A stretch of 39,828 bases of DNA from an uncultured Candidatus Saccharibacteria bacterium (GTDB lineage: Bacteria; Patescibacteriota; Minisyncoccia; 2-02-FULL-40-12; GWA2-44-9): the NCBI GenBank assembly GCA_964587505.1, contig CAZPLD010000002.1:1-39828 (forward strand), written 5' to 3'. The notes under the pieces are model-generated. The model did not search any database. It was not told the origin of the DNA and was given only the letters and a program-made list of their open reading frames with translations. Position 1 is the stretch's first letter. The number at the start of each line of letters is the position of its first letter. Shown here piece after piece: positions 1 to 9,475 of this stretch. A program made the position numbers and the translations under genes.

Positions 1-1278
1 ATTCTTTATGTTTCCTTGGTTTTGACCCTTTTATTAAGGTATCCGGAGAAATTTCAGGAACAGTATTGGATACACCTTTACCCATTTTCTTTGATTTTCA
101 TTTCATGGCTTTTGGTTTTTTACATAGCCAATTTATATGAACCAAAGCTGCTAAGGAACAATATCCATTTTTATTCGACCCTGTTCCAGACAATTGCCAT
201 AGCCGCTGTAATTGCCGTATTGTTTTTTTACTTAATTCCTTTGTATGGAATTACGCCGAAAACCAACTTGCTTATTTTCGTTGCCATCTTCTCCGGACTG
301 GAATTTGCAAACCGTTCTGTTTCCAATAACATCCTGCAAAAAAGTTTTAAGAAATCAATACTCATTGTGGGGACAAACAGCCAATCTCTTGAACTTGACC
401 TTTTTATAAAAGAAAATCCCCAATTGGGATATGAGATCAAGTCTGTCACAGACATATCTTCTGACAAAATCAAAGATATCAGCCGGACAATCCGGGAAGA
501 AAAAATTGATACAATTGTTTTAAGTCCGGAAGCATATCAAGTTCCTGAGATAATAGATGTTTTTTACAAGTCTCTTGAACAAAAGGTTAATTTTGTGAAC
601 CTTGCTTCTTTTTACGAACGTCTAACCGGTATGGTTCCTCTGGGGGCAATCAACCAAATTTGGTTCTTGGAAAATCTCAGTGAAGGAAACAAGAGGGCAT
701 ATGAAATAGTTAAACGCAGCAGCGATCTGGTATTTGCTGTAACTCTCGGCCTGCTTAGTCTCTTATTGTATCCGTTTATTGTTTTCACAATAAAAGTCAC
801 CTCAAAGGGGCCGGTTTTTTATAAACAAAGAAGGGTGGGACAATCGGGTAAGGTCTTTGAAATAATTAAATTCCGAACAATGGATAAAGATGCCGAAAAA
901 GAGACCGGCGCAGTTTGGGCCTTACAAGATGACCCGAGAATAACATCGGTAGGCAGATTTATGCGCAAAACAAGAATAGATGAACTACCCCAGTTGTGGA
1001 ATATTCTCAAGGGACAGATGGCATTTATCGGGCCAAGAGCCGAAAGACCGGAATTTAATGAACAATTAAAAACAGTCCCGTTCTATGAAGAAAGGTATTT
1101 AATAAAACCGGGCTTGTCCGGCTGGGCCCAGATAAATTTTCGCTATGGCTCATCTGTTGCCGATGCAGCTGAAAAACTAAAATACGATTTGTATTACATC
1201 AAGAACCGTTCATTAGTCCTGGATCTCGGAATAGCCCTAAAAACAATCCGGATAATGCTTCAAAGAGACGGAAAGTAA
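1..1278 (+). CDS. Polyprenyl-phosphate glycosyl-1-phosphate transferase (bacterial sugar transferase, WbaP/EpsL-like initiating enzyme); probably 5'-truncated by the window edge
   Basis: The frame is open from nt 1. The ORF track starts at an in-frame TTG at 16, so the true start is probably upstream. N-terminal hydrophobic helices are followed by the C-terminal block PVFYKQRRVG..FEIIKFRTM..DDPRITSVGRFMRKTRIDELPQLWNILKGQMAFIGPRAERPEF..GLSGWAQI, typical of the bacterial sugar transferase family (PF02397-like). Confidence 0.85.
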   Translation: MLYVSLVLTLLLRYPEKFQEQYWIHLYPFSLIFISWLLVFYIANLYEPKLLRNNIHFYSTLFQTIAIAAVIAVLFFYLIPLYGITPKTNLLIFVAIFSGLEFANRSVSNNILQKSFKKSILIVGTNSQSLELDLFIKENPQLGYEIKSVTDISSDKIKDISRTIREEKIDTIVLSPEAYQVPEIIDVFYKSLEQKVNFVNLASFYERLTGMVPLGAINQIWFLENLSEGNKRAYEIVKRSSDLVFAVTLGLLSLLLYPFIVFTIKVTSKGPVFYKQRRVGQSGKVFEIIKFRTMDKDAEKETGAVWALQDDPRITSVGRFMRKTRIDELPQLWNILKGQMAFIGPRAERPEFNEQLKTVPFYEERYLIKPGLSGWAQINFRYGSSVADAAEKLKYDLYYIKNRSLVLDLGIALKTIRIMLQRDGK

Positions 1279-1334
1279 TTCGGATAATTTTTCTTTTAAA
1301 TAAAATTGCTACTTGGCGATTTTATTTTACTTAT

Positions 1335-1369
1335 CAACAAAAAATATTTTAAAAAAATATTTTTTGTTG
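1335..1369 (+). terminator. Perfect 15-bp inverted repeat (CAACAAAAAATATTT - 5 nt - AAATATTTTTTGTTG). Either an AT-rich intrinsic terminator after the sugar transferase or an operator in front of pdaD.
   Basis: Read directly from the sequence. The arms are 1335-1349 and 1355-1369. It lies in the 104-nt gap between the stop at 1278 and the ATG at 1383. Confidence 0.4.
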
Positions 1370-1382
1370 TAAAGTTAAAAAC

Positions 1383-1925
1383 ATGTTGCCGACAAAAATT
1401 TTCTTCACGAAAGGTTCTGGAACTCATAAAGAATATTTAACTTCTTTTGAGCTTGCGTTGCGCGCTGCTGGAGTCGCGCCATACAATTTAGTTGCGGTAT
1501 CCAGCATCTATCCGCCTAATGTTAAAAAAGTAACCCGCGAAGAAGGAATAAAATTATTGCCGCCGGGCTCAGTCGTCCATGCTGTTATCGCCCGCAATGC
1601 CACTAACGAACCGAATCGTTTAATTTCAGCCTCAATTGGCGTTGCCATACCGCAAGACCCGAATCAGTACGGCTATTTATCGGAACATCACCCATTCGGA
1701 GAAACAGATGAAAAAGCGGGAGATTATGCCGAAGATCTGGCTGCACAAATGCTGGCAACTACACTAGGCATAGAATTCGATCCGGATACGGCGTGGAACG
1801 AAAGAGAAGAATTGTTTAAGGCCTCCGACCAGATATTCAAGACCACAAATTATACCCAATCAGCCATCGGCAACAAAGACGGTTTATGGACCACCGTAGT
1901 GGCCGCGGCAATATTGATAGAATAG
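1383..1925 (+). CDS. pdaD: Pyruvoyl-dependent arginine decarboxylase
   Basis: 180 aa. [30 protein letters not shown] contains the Ser-Ser self-cleavage (pyruvoyl-forming) context of PdaD/AaxB proenzymes. Size and the C-terminal hydrophobic tail fit the family. Confidence 0.85.
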   Translation: MLPTKIFFTKGSGTHKEYLTSFELALRAAGVAPYNLVAVSSIYPPNVKKVTREEGIKLLPPGSVVHAVIARNATNEPNRLISASIGVAIPQDPNQYGYLSEHHPFGETDEKAGDYAEDLAAQMLATTLGIEFDPDTAWNEREELFKASDQIFKTTNYTQSAIGNKDGLWTTVVAAAILIE

Positions 1926-1945
1926 AGTTCTATAATAAGGCGGAT

Positions 1946-3646
1946 CTACTTAAAATTCACCGAATAAATAATAAAATCGTTATTTTCAAAAATTTTAGAT
2001 ACAAATTTTTGGCCACTAAATCGCCACTTGGGATTTTTATCTTTATCCCATAATATGTAGTCAATCCGATATTTTTCCAGTTCTTTTCCAAGGTTGCTGT
2101 TTTTTAGTTGATTTGCCCGGCTTAAAACTTTATCTACGGCATCTTCTGGTAAATATATCTCCGGAACAGTTTTTATACCCAATAGCCTTCTTAATTTATT
2201 GTCTTGGACGGTCTTACCATATCTGTCAAGATATCTTACTCTATATATAGCTCCGATGTTTTTTATAATAAACTCTCTTTCAAAAGTTTCAAAAAAATTA
2301 TTTAAAATAAAGCGGGATATTATTTCATCATCAGCCACAAGAAACAGATTGGCATTTTCGGAGTAAAAAACATTGTTGTGCGTATAAATAGGAATTAAGT
2401 CCGATAAAACCGCGTCGGCATACACCACCGAATCTTTGGAAGTTCTTTTATTCAGCCAATCAAATAATAATGCGTATTTTTGGTCTTCAGAAGAATTGAC
2501 TATTGAATATTTGTTTAAATAGGCCGTGGTGTTTTGAATAGTGGTAAACAATACTATAGCCACTAGAACCAAACCAACTATCTTTTTATGACGGGGGCTT
2601 GGTTCCAAATATGCCCTCCACAAATAAGCAAAAGAGAAAGAAAAAAAGAAAATAGAAAGCATCCTATAATGACTGGAAAACTCTAAATTCTTGCCGGTAA
2701 TAATATGATTATTAGACGAAATTACCGTTGCTAAAAGTCCTCCCATAAAAAATAGGGTGGGATTGTTAACTTTTATCAAGCCAGTTTTTAAAACAATTAC
2801 AAACAAAATAAGCAGGGCAAGAGCACCTGATACTACCCAAACCCCAGAAGGAAAACGGCTGTAAATCAAACCTATCCTGGAAATAGTTTCGCTGTATTCG
2901 GAAGTTCGGGAAATAAAATAAGAATTCAAAAAATAAGGAGCCGCCAGAACAAAACCTCCAGCGAGTATTTTCACCATTGCAAATGACAGTTCTCTGCTAT
3001 AAATAAAATATACGCCGGCAAGAATAACTAAAAATATTACGTAAAAAGTCCAATAATAAGGATAGATATAGAAAAGTAGGCCCAGGTTAACCGCATTCCA
3101 TATCAATATTTTACGCGAGGGCCCATTTTTTATTAATTTCCAAAGAAAAATAAACTGGGTTAGCCAAAAAATAAAATTTAGTTGCGGGCTTACTGGACGA
3201 AGAAAATTATTAAGATACAATCCGAAAAATAAAAGGGACGAAAAAGTTAAAGACCAAAAACGGGATCTGGTAATTAAACAAAAGGCGAGATAGGTTAGTA
3301 AAAAAGACAATGACGGCAATAATAAGTTATATAAGAATCTGCCCTGAACAGCAGTTAAGCCAAAAACTTTCAATGGTTGAGCTAATAAATACTCGCCCAA
3401 AAATTGGATTGGCAACCTGTCTTTATGCTCAAACAAATAAGCATTGCCTATTGTCGGATAACCATCCAACACATCCCGAATCCTGGCATTATAAAACAAT
3501 TCATCACTAGCTAAGGGGGGTAAAACGCCCTCAAATTCTCCGCCTAAAACAATCATGAAGCGTAGATAAGGCCAGATCATCAAAAAACCCAAAATAACAG
3601 CTATGACTACTGCTGTTTTGTTTTTTAAAATTTTTTCTTTAATCAT
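1946..3646 (-). CDS. Large polytopic membrane protein with soluble C-terminal domain; possible GT-C-fold glycosyltransferase
   Basis: 566 aa. About 370 aa of repeated hydrophobic helices are followed by a roughly 190-aa hydrophilic C-terminus. An acidic DE pair (ASDELFYNARIRD) sits in the first loop after TM1, as in GT-C enzymes. It follows a Zn-ribbon methyltransferase with a 3-nt gap. No confident family assignment. Confidence 0.5.
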   Translation of the reverse strand: MIKEKILKNKTAVVIAVILGFLMIWPYLRFMIVLGGEFEGVLPPLASDELFYNARIRDVLDGYPTIGNAYLFEHKDRLPIQFLGEYLLAQPLKVFGLTAVQGRFLYNLLLPSLSFLLTYLAFCLITRSRFWSLTFSSLLFFGLYLNNFLRPVSPQLNFIFWLTQFIFLWKLIKNGPSRKILIWNAVNLGLLFYIYPYYWTFYVIFLVILAGVYFIYSRELSFAMVKILAGGFVLAAPYFLNSYFISRTSEYSETISRIGLIYSRFPSGVWVVSGALALLILFVIVLKTGLIKVNNPTLFFMGGLLATVISSNNHIITGKNLEFSSHYRMLSIFFFSFSFAYLWRAYLEPSPRHKKIVGLVLVAIVLFTTIQNTTAYLNKYSIVNSSEDQKYALLFDWLNKRTSKDSVVYADAVLSDLIPIYTHNNVFYSENANLFLVADDEIISRFILNNFFETFEREFIIKNIGAIYRVRYLDRYGKTVQDNKLRRLLGIKTVPEIYLPEDAVDKVLSRANQLKNSNLGKELEKYRIDYILWDKDKNPKWRFSGQKFVSKIFENNDFIIYSVNFK

Positions 3647-3649
3647 AGG

Positions 3650-4531
3650 TTATACTTTCCTTGCAATAATAAGGAAATTATCATGCAAGTTAATAGGTAC
3701 CGATAATTTTCCCATTTTGTTATTTTTTAAAAACTCTGCTATCTTTTTCCAGACAAAAAGTTTCTGCCATCTATACAAAGTTTGGGAAACATATTGAAGC
3801 GTGAATTTTTTACCCATCTTATCTATTGACAACACTTCAAAACCAGACCTTCTTAACAAATCTGTTAAATTTTGGGGATTAAAATAAATTAAGTGTTCCG
3901 GCGGAACCAAGAGATGCCAATATTTACCGGTCAATTTAGCAAAAAAACTGCTTGTATCGGGCGTATTAATGGCAACAATGCCCCCATGTTTTAGAACGTT
4001 ATAAACCACCAACATGTCTGATTTTGGGTCAGAAAGATGCTCGATTACATCCCACAAGGTAACCACGTCAAACGATTCTGATTGATAATCAGTCGTACTT
4101 AACGTCCCCTGCCGTACATTTAGGTTTCGTTTCTTGGCCTGATCCACGGCATATTGTGAAATTTCCAATCCACTTGTATTCCATCCCCTGTTTTCCGCAG
4201 TTTTCATAAAATAACCCGTAGCGGCTCCGACATCCAACAAACTTCTTCCGCCAGGCAAAATCTTTTCTATTTTTTCCAAACACCGATTGAAGGTTGAAAG
4301 CATTACCGGCTTGTCTTGATCATAATCAACATACCCGAACCCATTGTTTGCGCCTTTGAAGTAGTCACCCGAATAGATGTTGGCCGTATTTTCAGGCAAA
4401 GGCCAAACAAAAATCAATTTACAGAGCTTGCAACAAAAAATGTCGTGATTATTTTTTCTTGTGAGAAACTTTATTCCTTTACTTTCACAGGACGGACAGT
4501 TTATGTTCGTTTTTTGAATCTCATTTTCCAT
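3650..4531 (-). CDS. Class I SAM-dependent methyltransferase with N-terminal Cys4 zinc ribbon
   Basis: CPSC..x17..CKLC zinc ribbon, then motif I LLDVGAATGYF and post-I and later motifs (FDVVTLWDVIEHL, LKHGGIVAINTP). It is a paralogue of the ORF at 26557-27516. It overlaps the upstream gene by 31 nt. Confidence 0.8.
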   Translation of the reverse strand: MENEIQKTNINCPSCESKGIKFLTRKNNHDIFCCKLCKLIFVWPLPENTANIYSGDYFKGANNGFGYVDYDQDKPVMLSTFNRCLEKIEKILPGGRSLLDVGAATGYFMKTAENRGWNTSGLEISQYAVDQAKKRNLNVRQGTLSTTDYQSESFDVVTLWDVIEHLSDPKSDMLVVYNVLKHGGIVAINTPDTSSFFAKLTGKYWHLLVPPEHLIYFNPQNLTDLLRRSGFEVLSIDKMGKKFTLQYVSQTLYRWQKLFVWKKIAEFLKNNKMGKLSVPINLHDNFLIIARKV

Positions 4532-5208
4532 GGCGCTAATATGCCCTCTGTTATTATATGATTAGAAATTTTTGACTCTCCTCCCGCTCGATTTTTAAAA
4601 GTAATCGGTATCTCTTTTAGCGAGGCGCCATTTTGCCACAAAACATACTTAAGCTCTATCAAAAAAGCATAGCCCGATAAATCAATACTCGAAAAATTTA
4701 TTTTTCTCAAGAAGTTAGAGTCAACCGTCATAAAACCGCTAGTACAATCATGAATCGGCATCTTAGTAACTAATCTGCAGTAAAAACTGGCAAATCTGCT
4801 TAACAACCGGCGCCACAACTCCCATCCTATCGTTTTACCGCCTGAAACATACCTTGAACCAATAACAACATCATATCGATCAGACATCCTAAAGTGTTCC
4901 TTTAAATATGTCGGGTCATGGGAAAGATCTCCATCCATCATTACCACCCTGCGAATATCATTGTTTTTTAATACTTCTCTAAAAGCATTGACGTAGGCCT
5001 TACCCAACCCTTCTTTTTTGCTTCTTAATAACAAATTGAGATTGGGAAAATCTGTTTTTAAATCTTGAACAATCTCCGCTGTACCATCCGGAGAATTGTC
5101 ATCAACTACCAACATATCGGCCTCAGGCACAATACTAAAAACTTCTTTTACTAATTTAGGAATATTCTCTTTCTCATTATATGTTGGGACAATAATTACG
5201 TCTTTCAT
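4501..5208 (-). CDS. GT2 polyprenyl-phosphate mannose/glycose synthase (Dpm1/Ppm1-like)
   Basis: 235 aa. VIIVPTYNEKENI, VVDDNSPDGT, GLGKAY and the DXD region VVMMDGDLSHDP are the classic soluble Dpm1-type GT2 pattern. Confidence 0.85.
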   Translation of the reverse strand: MKDVIIVPTYNEKENIPKLVKEVFSIVPEADMLVVDDNSPDGTAEIVQDLKTDFPNLNLLLRSKKEGLGKAYVNAFREVLKNNDIRRVVMMDGDLSHDPTYLKEHFRMSDRYDVVIGSRYVSGGKTIGWELWRRLLSRFASFYCRLVTKMPIHDCTSGFMTVDSNFLRKINFSSIDLSGYAFLIELKYVLWQNGASLKEIPITFKNRAGGESKISNHIITEGILAPWKMRFKKRT

Positions 5209-5211
5209 AAA

Positions 5212-6543
5212 TCAAGGTTTTATCTTTTTAAGCTCTTTCTTAATAAGAATGAAGCTTGCAATATGGGAAATGTTGAAAATAATACTGACCCAAATAACAG
5301 TTCCCCATAAACCAAAACTTTTTATCAGCAAAAGGCCCATAGGCACGCCGAGAGAAAGGGTAATCGTATTAATTATAATAGAAAGTTTAACCTTGTTTAA
5401 AGCTCTCCACATGGGGCCAAATCCAACCCCCATACCCATTGTGGCTCCGTAAAAGAAAAGGCCGGCAACATATTTAACGCTGGGATTAAAATTAGCTCCA
5501 TAAATAATGTGAAAAACAAACGGCGCAGTAATAATAGCGCCGACCGTTAAAACAATGGAAAAAAGAAGTGAGTATAACGAAGTTCTAATAAAATTTTTCA
5601 GCAATTTATCTTCGCCACCTCCTGCAACTTTCATTTTCGGAAATTCAACATTTAAAAGCGCTGAAATTGGACTTAAAAAGGTGAGGGCTAAATTAATATA
5701 ACCAAAAGCAAGTTTAAAAAATGTAACTTCCGAAGCTGTAACAAAAATACCTGTTAACATTATCGGCAAGATATTGTACAAATTAGCTAAGTTACTATCA
5801 GCGGTAATCCAAAAACTGAATCCAAGATATTTTTTGATAGGCGCCCCTTTTACATTGCTAAGCAGTTTTCTCACCGAAGGAAATATTGGATATCGCGCAC
5901 TTACTCTTCCCCAAAGAATAGTCGAGACAAATAAGATAATAACCGCACTTAAGAGGTGTCCGATAATAGCGCCCAAAACTCCAAACCCCACCACAACAAG
6001 CAAAAGTGAAAATATATTTCTTAAAAATTGATTAGAAAAAGCTAAAATCGTCATGGTCTTTATCTGTCTTGTGATCTGGAGGACCATCATGGAAAAAGGG
6101 AAAAAGGTGCCGCCAACAGCAGAAGCAACCAAAAGAATGGCAGCATAAATTCCTATTTTATAGTTATTATAAAAAATTCCGGCAAGCCATGGGGCAAATA
6201 AAGCGCCCAAAAGAGCAGGGACTATCATTATCAAAGTTGTCTTAGTCAAAAAAGCGAGGACTTCTTTGGTTTTTTCTTTATCATCCTTAGCATAAGCTTC
6301 ACTCAATAGGGTGGTTGAAGCGCCTTGAGCCCCTAAACTTAAAAAGACAGTCATGAAGCCGTATAAACTAAAAGCTAACGTATAAATACCGTAATTCTCC
6401 GGCTGTAAAAGACGGGTAATAAAAACCCCTATTAACGCTTGGGTAATGTTAGCGGCAAAATTTCCTGCCTGAAAAAAAACCAAACTCCTAACAAACCAGT
6501 GTCCGCGAAAATACTTTATTTTTTCTTTAATTAAATTGAGCAT
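5212..6543 (-). CDS. Wzx-like oligosaccharide flippase (MOP/polysaccharide biosynthesis protein family)
   Basis: 443 aa, hydrophobic throughout, roughly 12 helices. It sits inside the GT/methyltransferase operon with 2-3 nt gaps on both sides. Confidence 0.7.
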   Translation of the reverse strand: MLNLIKEKIKYFRGHWFVRSLVFFQAGNFAANITQALIGVFITRLLQPENYGIYTLAFSLYGFMTVFLSLGAQGASTTLLSEAYAKDDKEKTKEVLAFLTKTTLIMIVPALLGALFAPWLAGIFYNNYKIGIYAAILLVASAVGGTFFPFSMMVLQITRQIKTMTILAFSNQFLRNIFSLLLVVVGFGVLGAIIGHLLSAVIILFVSTILWGRVSARYPIFPSVRKLLSNVKGAPIKKYLGFSFWITADSNLANLYNILPIMLTGIFVTASEVTFFKLAFGYINLALTFLSPISALLNVEFPKMKVAGGGEDKLLKNFIRTSLYSLLFSIVLTVGAIITAPFVFHIIYGANFNPSVKYVAGLFFYGATMGMGVGFGPMWRALNKVKLSIIINTITLSLGVPMGLLLIKSFGLWGTVIWVSIIFNISHIASFILIKKELKKIKP

Positions 6544-6545
6544 TA

Positions 6546-7193
6546 TTAAAGTTTTTTAAAAATAGCGCACCAGCCAATAGTATGTTTTCTATTGGCCTTA
6601 CTTTTGTCAATGCTGTCCAGCCAAGCCATAAATATACCATAAACAAAAAATAACTTACTGGACAATCTGCCCCATAATAAATGATCGTGCAGATGAAATC
6701 TGTCAATTAAATATCTAATTTTAACTTGCGCTATCATGGAAAAAAATCCGCCTACCGGTGTACATAAAACAACAGAAAATCCATTCCTTCCAAGCAATTC
6801 AACTAAACCAAAATTGGTAAACCGCCAATAGTCGTGGGGTTCTGAATGAAGTTCGCCCCATTGCGGCACGGTGATTAAAAAAATGCCGCCGGATTTTAAA
6901 ATTCTGCTTACTTCTCCAGCAGCCTTCTCAAAATCAGAAAGGTGTTCAAAAACTTGAGTTGCAACAACCGAGTCAAAATGTTGGTCAGGAAATGGTATGT
7001 TATCGGCGCTGCCAACGACATCAATATTGGGACCGTGTTTTATATCCATTTTTAAATATTCGCCACAATCGAACAAGTGACCATACCGATTATAATCCCC
7101 TGCGCCTAAGTCAAGAACTTTCCCTTTAATATGGTGGCTAACCTTTTTGATTTGCTTTTCTAATAAATACCTGCCCGGCTGAAAAATATACAT
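6546..7193 (-). CDS. Class I SAM-dependent methyltransferase (Methyltransf_11-like)
   Basis: Motif I VLDLGAGD, then FDSVVATQVFEHL and LKSGGIFLITVP. Confidence 0.8.
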   Translation of the reverse strand: MYIFQPGRYLLEKQIKKVSHHIKGKVLDLGAGDYNRYGHLFDCGEYLKMDIKHGPNIDVVGSADNIPFPDQHFDSVVATQVFEHLSDFEKAAGEVSRILKSGGIFLITVPQWGELHSEPHDYWRFTNFGLVELLGRNGFSVVLCTPVGGFFSMIAQVKIRYLIDRFHLHDHLLWGRLSSKLFFVYGIFMAWLDSIDKSKANRKHTIGWCAIFKKL

Positions 7194-7203
7194 GATTTAT
7201 TGA

Positions 7204-8409
7204 TTAATAGTAACTAAGATACTTTTCAGCTTGCTGTTGTAAACTGAAAAAAGCCCTTACTTGCTCATATCCCTTTTGGCCGAATTCCCGGGCTTTTTCT
7301 GAATTTTTTAATAAATCAATAATTCTGCCGGCCATTAATTTTATGTTGTATGGATTCACAATATAACCCGATTTGCCATCTACGACAACCTCCGAAGAAC
7401 CGCCAAAGCACGTGCTGACAACGGGCTTTTTGAAAGCCATCGCTTCTAAATTTACTGTCGGAAACGGATCTATGCAAATTGAGGGTACCAACACAAGATC
7501 ACAAACTGAATAGACAATATTCATTTCATCCCGCCCAAGCCGTCCTAAAAACTTTATCGGCAAATTCATATTATCAATTCCCCTGCCGTCCGAACCGGCT
7601 ACCAACAACACCGCATCTGGAATTTCTTTTAGTATTAAGCCCAAAGATTCTATGGCTTGATTAATGCCTTTTCCTTCGCTTATCCGTCCGCCGAATAAAA
7701 TGATCTTTTTATTTTTCAGATTGTTGGTTTTTTTAAAAACCAACGCCGCTTCAAAACCAATTTCGTATTCATTCACGTCAATACCGTTATGAATCACCTC
7801 TATATTACCGATGCCATTGAGGGTCAGGGTTTTTTTCAAAGCGTTGGATACGGCAAATATCTTATCTGTGTATTTTCCCAAATAATGTTTAATGATTATG
7901 TTCCGGAAGGGATTATAGCGTTTTTTGTTTTCTTTGATTTGGCTAAAAACAGATTGTTTTGCGTAATTCATATAATTTTTACAAGTCGCTTCTCTGGGAA
8001 TTTTTGTTTTCCCATAATTAATAGGCATCGTATCATGGGCAGTCAAAAAAACTTTCGCTCCGCTCTTTTTGGCAATTTTTAAACAATAATAAGACAGGTG
8101 ATAATGGATATTGTGCGCATGAACAACATCCGGCTTGATATCAGCAATAATTTTAGCAACCTTCTTTACGGTTTGCGGATTATACAAAGAAAGGTAGGCC
8201 CGCCATCTTCTGTGGTATTGGGAATATATTCTATAAATCCTCAAATCGCTTTCAACACAATTCCCCTCTTTATTTTTGTCTTGGGTAGTCGAGACAATAT
8301 AAACATCATGGCCTAATTCCTTGACTGTTTTGGCCAAGTTATAAGCCACCAGCCCGGCACCGCCTAAATTGTCAGGCGGAAAGTCATCGGATAAAAATAG
8401 AATCTTCAT
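7204..8409 (-). CDS. GT4 (group 1) glycosyltransferase
   Basis: MKILFLSDDFPPDNLGGAG N-terminus. The C-terminal nucleotide-sugar binding block is FPTVNLEAMAFKKPVVST..GGSSEVVVDGKSGYIV (EX7E-like). Confidence 0.85.
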   Translation of the reverse strand: MKILFLSDDFPPDNLGGAGLVAYNLAKTVKELGHDVYIVSTTQDKNKEGNCVESDLRIYRIYSQYHRRWRAYLSLYNPQTVKKVAKIIADIKPDVVHAHNIHYHLSYYCLKIAKKSGAKVFLTAHDTMPINYGKTKIPREATCKNYMNYAKQSVFSQIKENKKRYNPFRNIIIKHYLGKYTDKIFAVSNALKKTLTLNGIGNIEVIHNGIDVNEYEIGFEAALVFKKTNNLKNKKIILFGGRISEGKGINQAIESLGLILKEIPDAVLLVAGSDGRGIDNMNLPIKFLGRLGRDEMNIVYSVCDLVLVPSICIDPFPTVNLEAMAFKKPVVSTCFGGSSEVVVDGKSGYIVNPYNIKLMAGRIIDLLKNSEKAREFGQKGYEQVRAFFSLQQQAEKYLSYY

Positions 8410-9475
8410 AAAGTTTAATTATATTAGTCCAATCAAATTCTTTGGCTCTTTTTATCCCGTTTGCACCTAAAGTTTCAGCTAAATCTTTATCTGATAATAT
8501 TTTTCTCATCGCATTTGCGACCTCAATCGGATCATGTTTAATCAAAAAACCGTTAACGTTATTAAAAATAGCCGCTTCCGCTCCGGTATTATATGCCCCG
8601 ACTACCGGAATTCCACAGGCGCCTGCTTCTAAATATACCATGCCAAACCCCTCGACAGTATCCGGTTCGGTTATAGAAGTCATGACAAACAACTCGGCGG
8701 AATTATAATATTTGAGCAGATCATCATCGCTTATTTTCTCCAAAAAAATAACTCTGTCTTTTAATCCAAGGCCGGATACAAGATTCTTAAGCTCGTCAAA
8801 ATAGGATGCCATGCTCTGATAACCGATAATTACATATTTTAAATCAGGAAACTCTTCAGAAATTATTTTGAAAGCCGGAATAGAAACATGGTAACCTTTG
8901 CGAGGTTTAAGCGCTCCGACCGTTAACACAAAGGGGAATGGCAATATTTTTTTATCAGGTGAAATTGGGTGAAAAAAATTAGTATCAACGCCAACGGGCA
9001 CAATAGCTTCTCCTTTTAGTTTCAGGCCGCTTTTTTCTATCTGCCGTTTGGTAAACTCGCTGACAACAAGCACTTTTTTAGCCCTCCGATACGCCCAGCG
9101 CATAAAAAAATTCCTGACCGGCGTTCCGTGTCCGAGTAAAGAATATGTGGCTAATGCGTGAATAACGATTTTCTTTTTCTGCCATAAATTGGCCATATTA
9201 AGAATAATGGCGTTAGGGTTTACATCGTAGCAAAGAACTACATCATAAGACTTAATAAAATTTCGAATTCGCAATAACGTAAAAGGCAAAAGCAAAAAGT
9301 TTTTCACGGACAACCTTAAAGGGACTGTCAATTTGGGCAAGTTTGAGGCATCTTTTTTTTCAACAATAAAACCCACCTCGTGGCCATGCGCCTTAAAACC
9401 TTCGGCTACTTTCAGGGATAGCCGGCCCCACCCGACATTGGGATTTAAATTGTCAACCACAATGCAAATTCTCAT
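8384..9475 (-). CDS. GT4 (group 1) glycosyltransferase
   Basis: EGFGMVYLEAGACGIPVVGAYNTGAEAAIFNNVNGFLI C-terminal GT4 signature. It overlaps the downstream GT4 by 26 nt and the upstream gene by 4 nt. Confidence 0.85.
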   Translation of the reverse strand: MRICIVVDNLNPNVGWGRLSLKVAEGFKAHGHEVGFIVEKKDASNLPKLTVPLRLSVKNFLLLPFTLLRIRNFIKSYDVVLCYDVNPNAIILNMANLWQKKKIVIHALATYSLLGHGTPVRNFFMRWAYRRAKKVLVVSEFTKRQIEKSGLKLKGEAIVPVGVDTNFFHPISPDKKILPFPFVLTVGALKPRKGYHVSIPAFKIISEEFPDLKYVIIGYQSMASYFDELKNLVSGLGLKDRVIFLEKISDDDLLKYYNSAELFVMTSITEPDTVEGFGMVYLEAGACGIPVVGAYNTGAEAAIFNNVNGFLIKHDPIEVANAMRKILSDKDLAETLGANGIKRAKEFDWTNIIKLYEDSIFIR

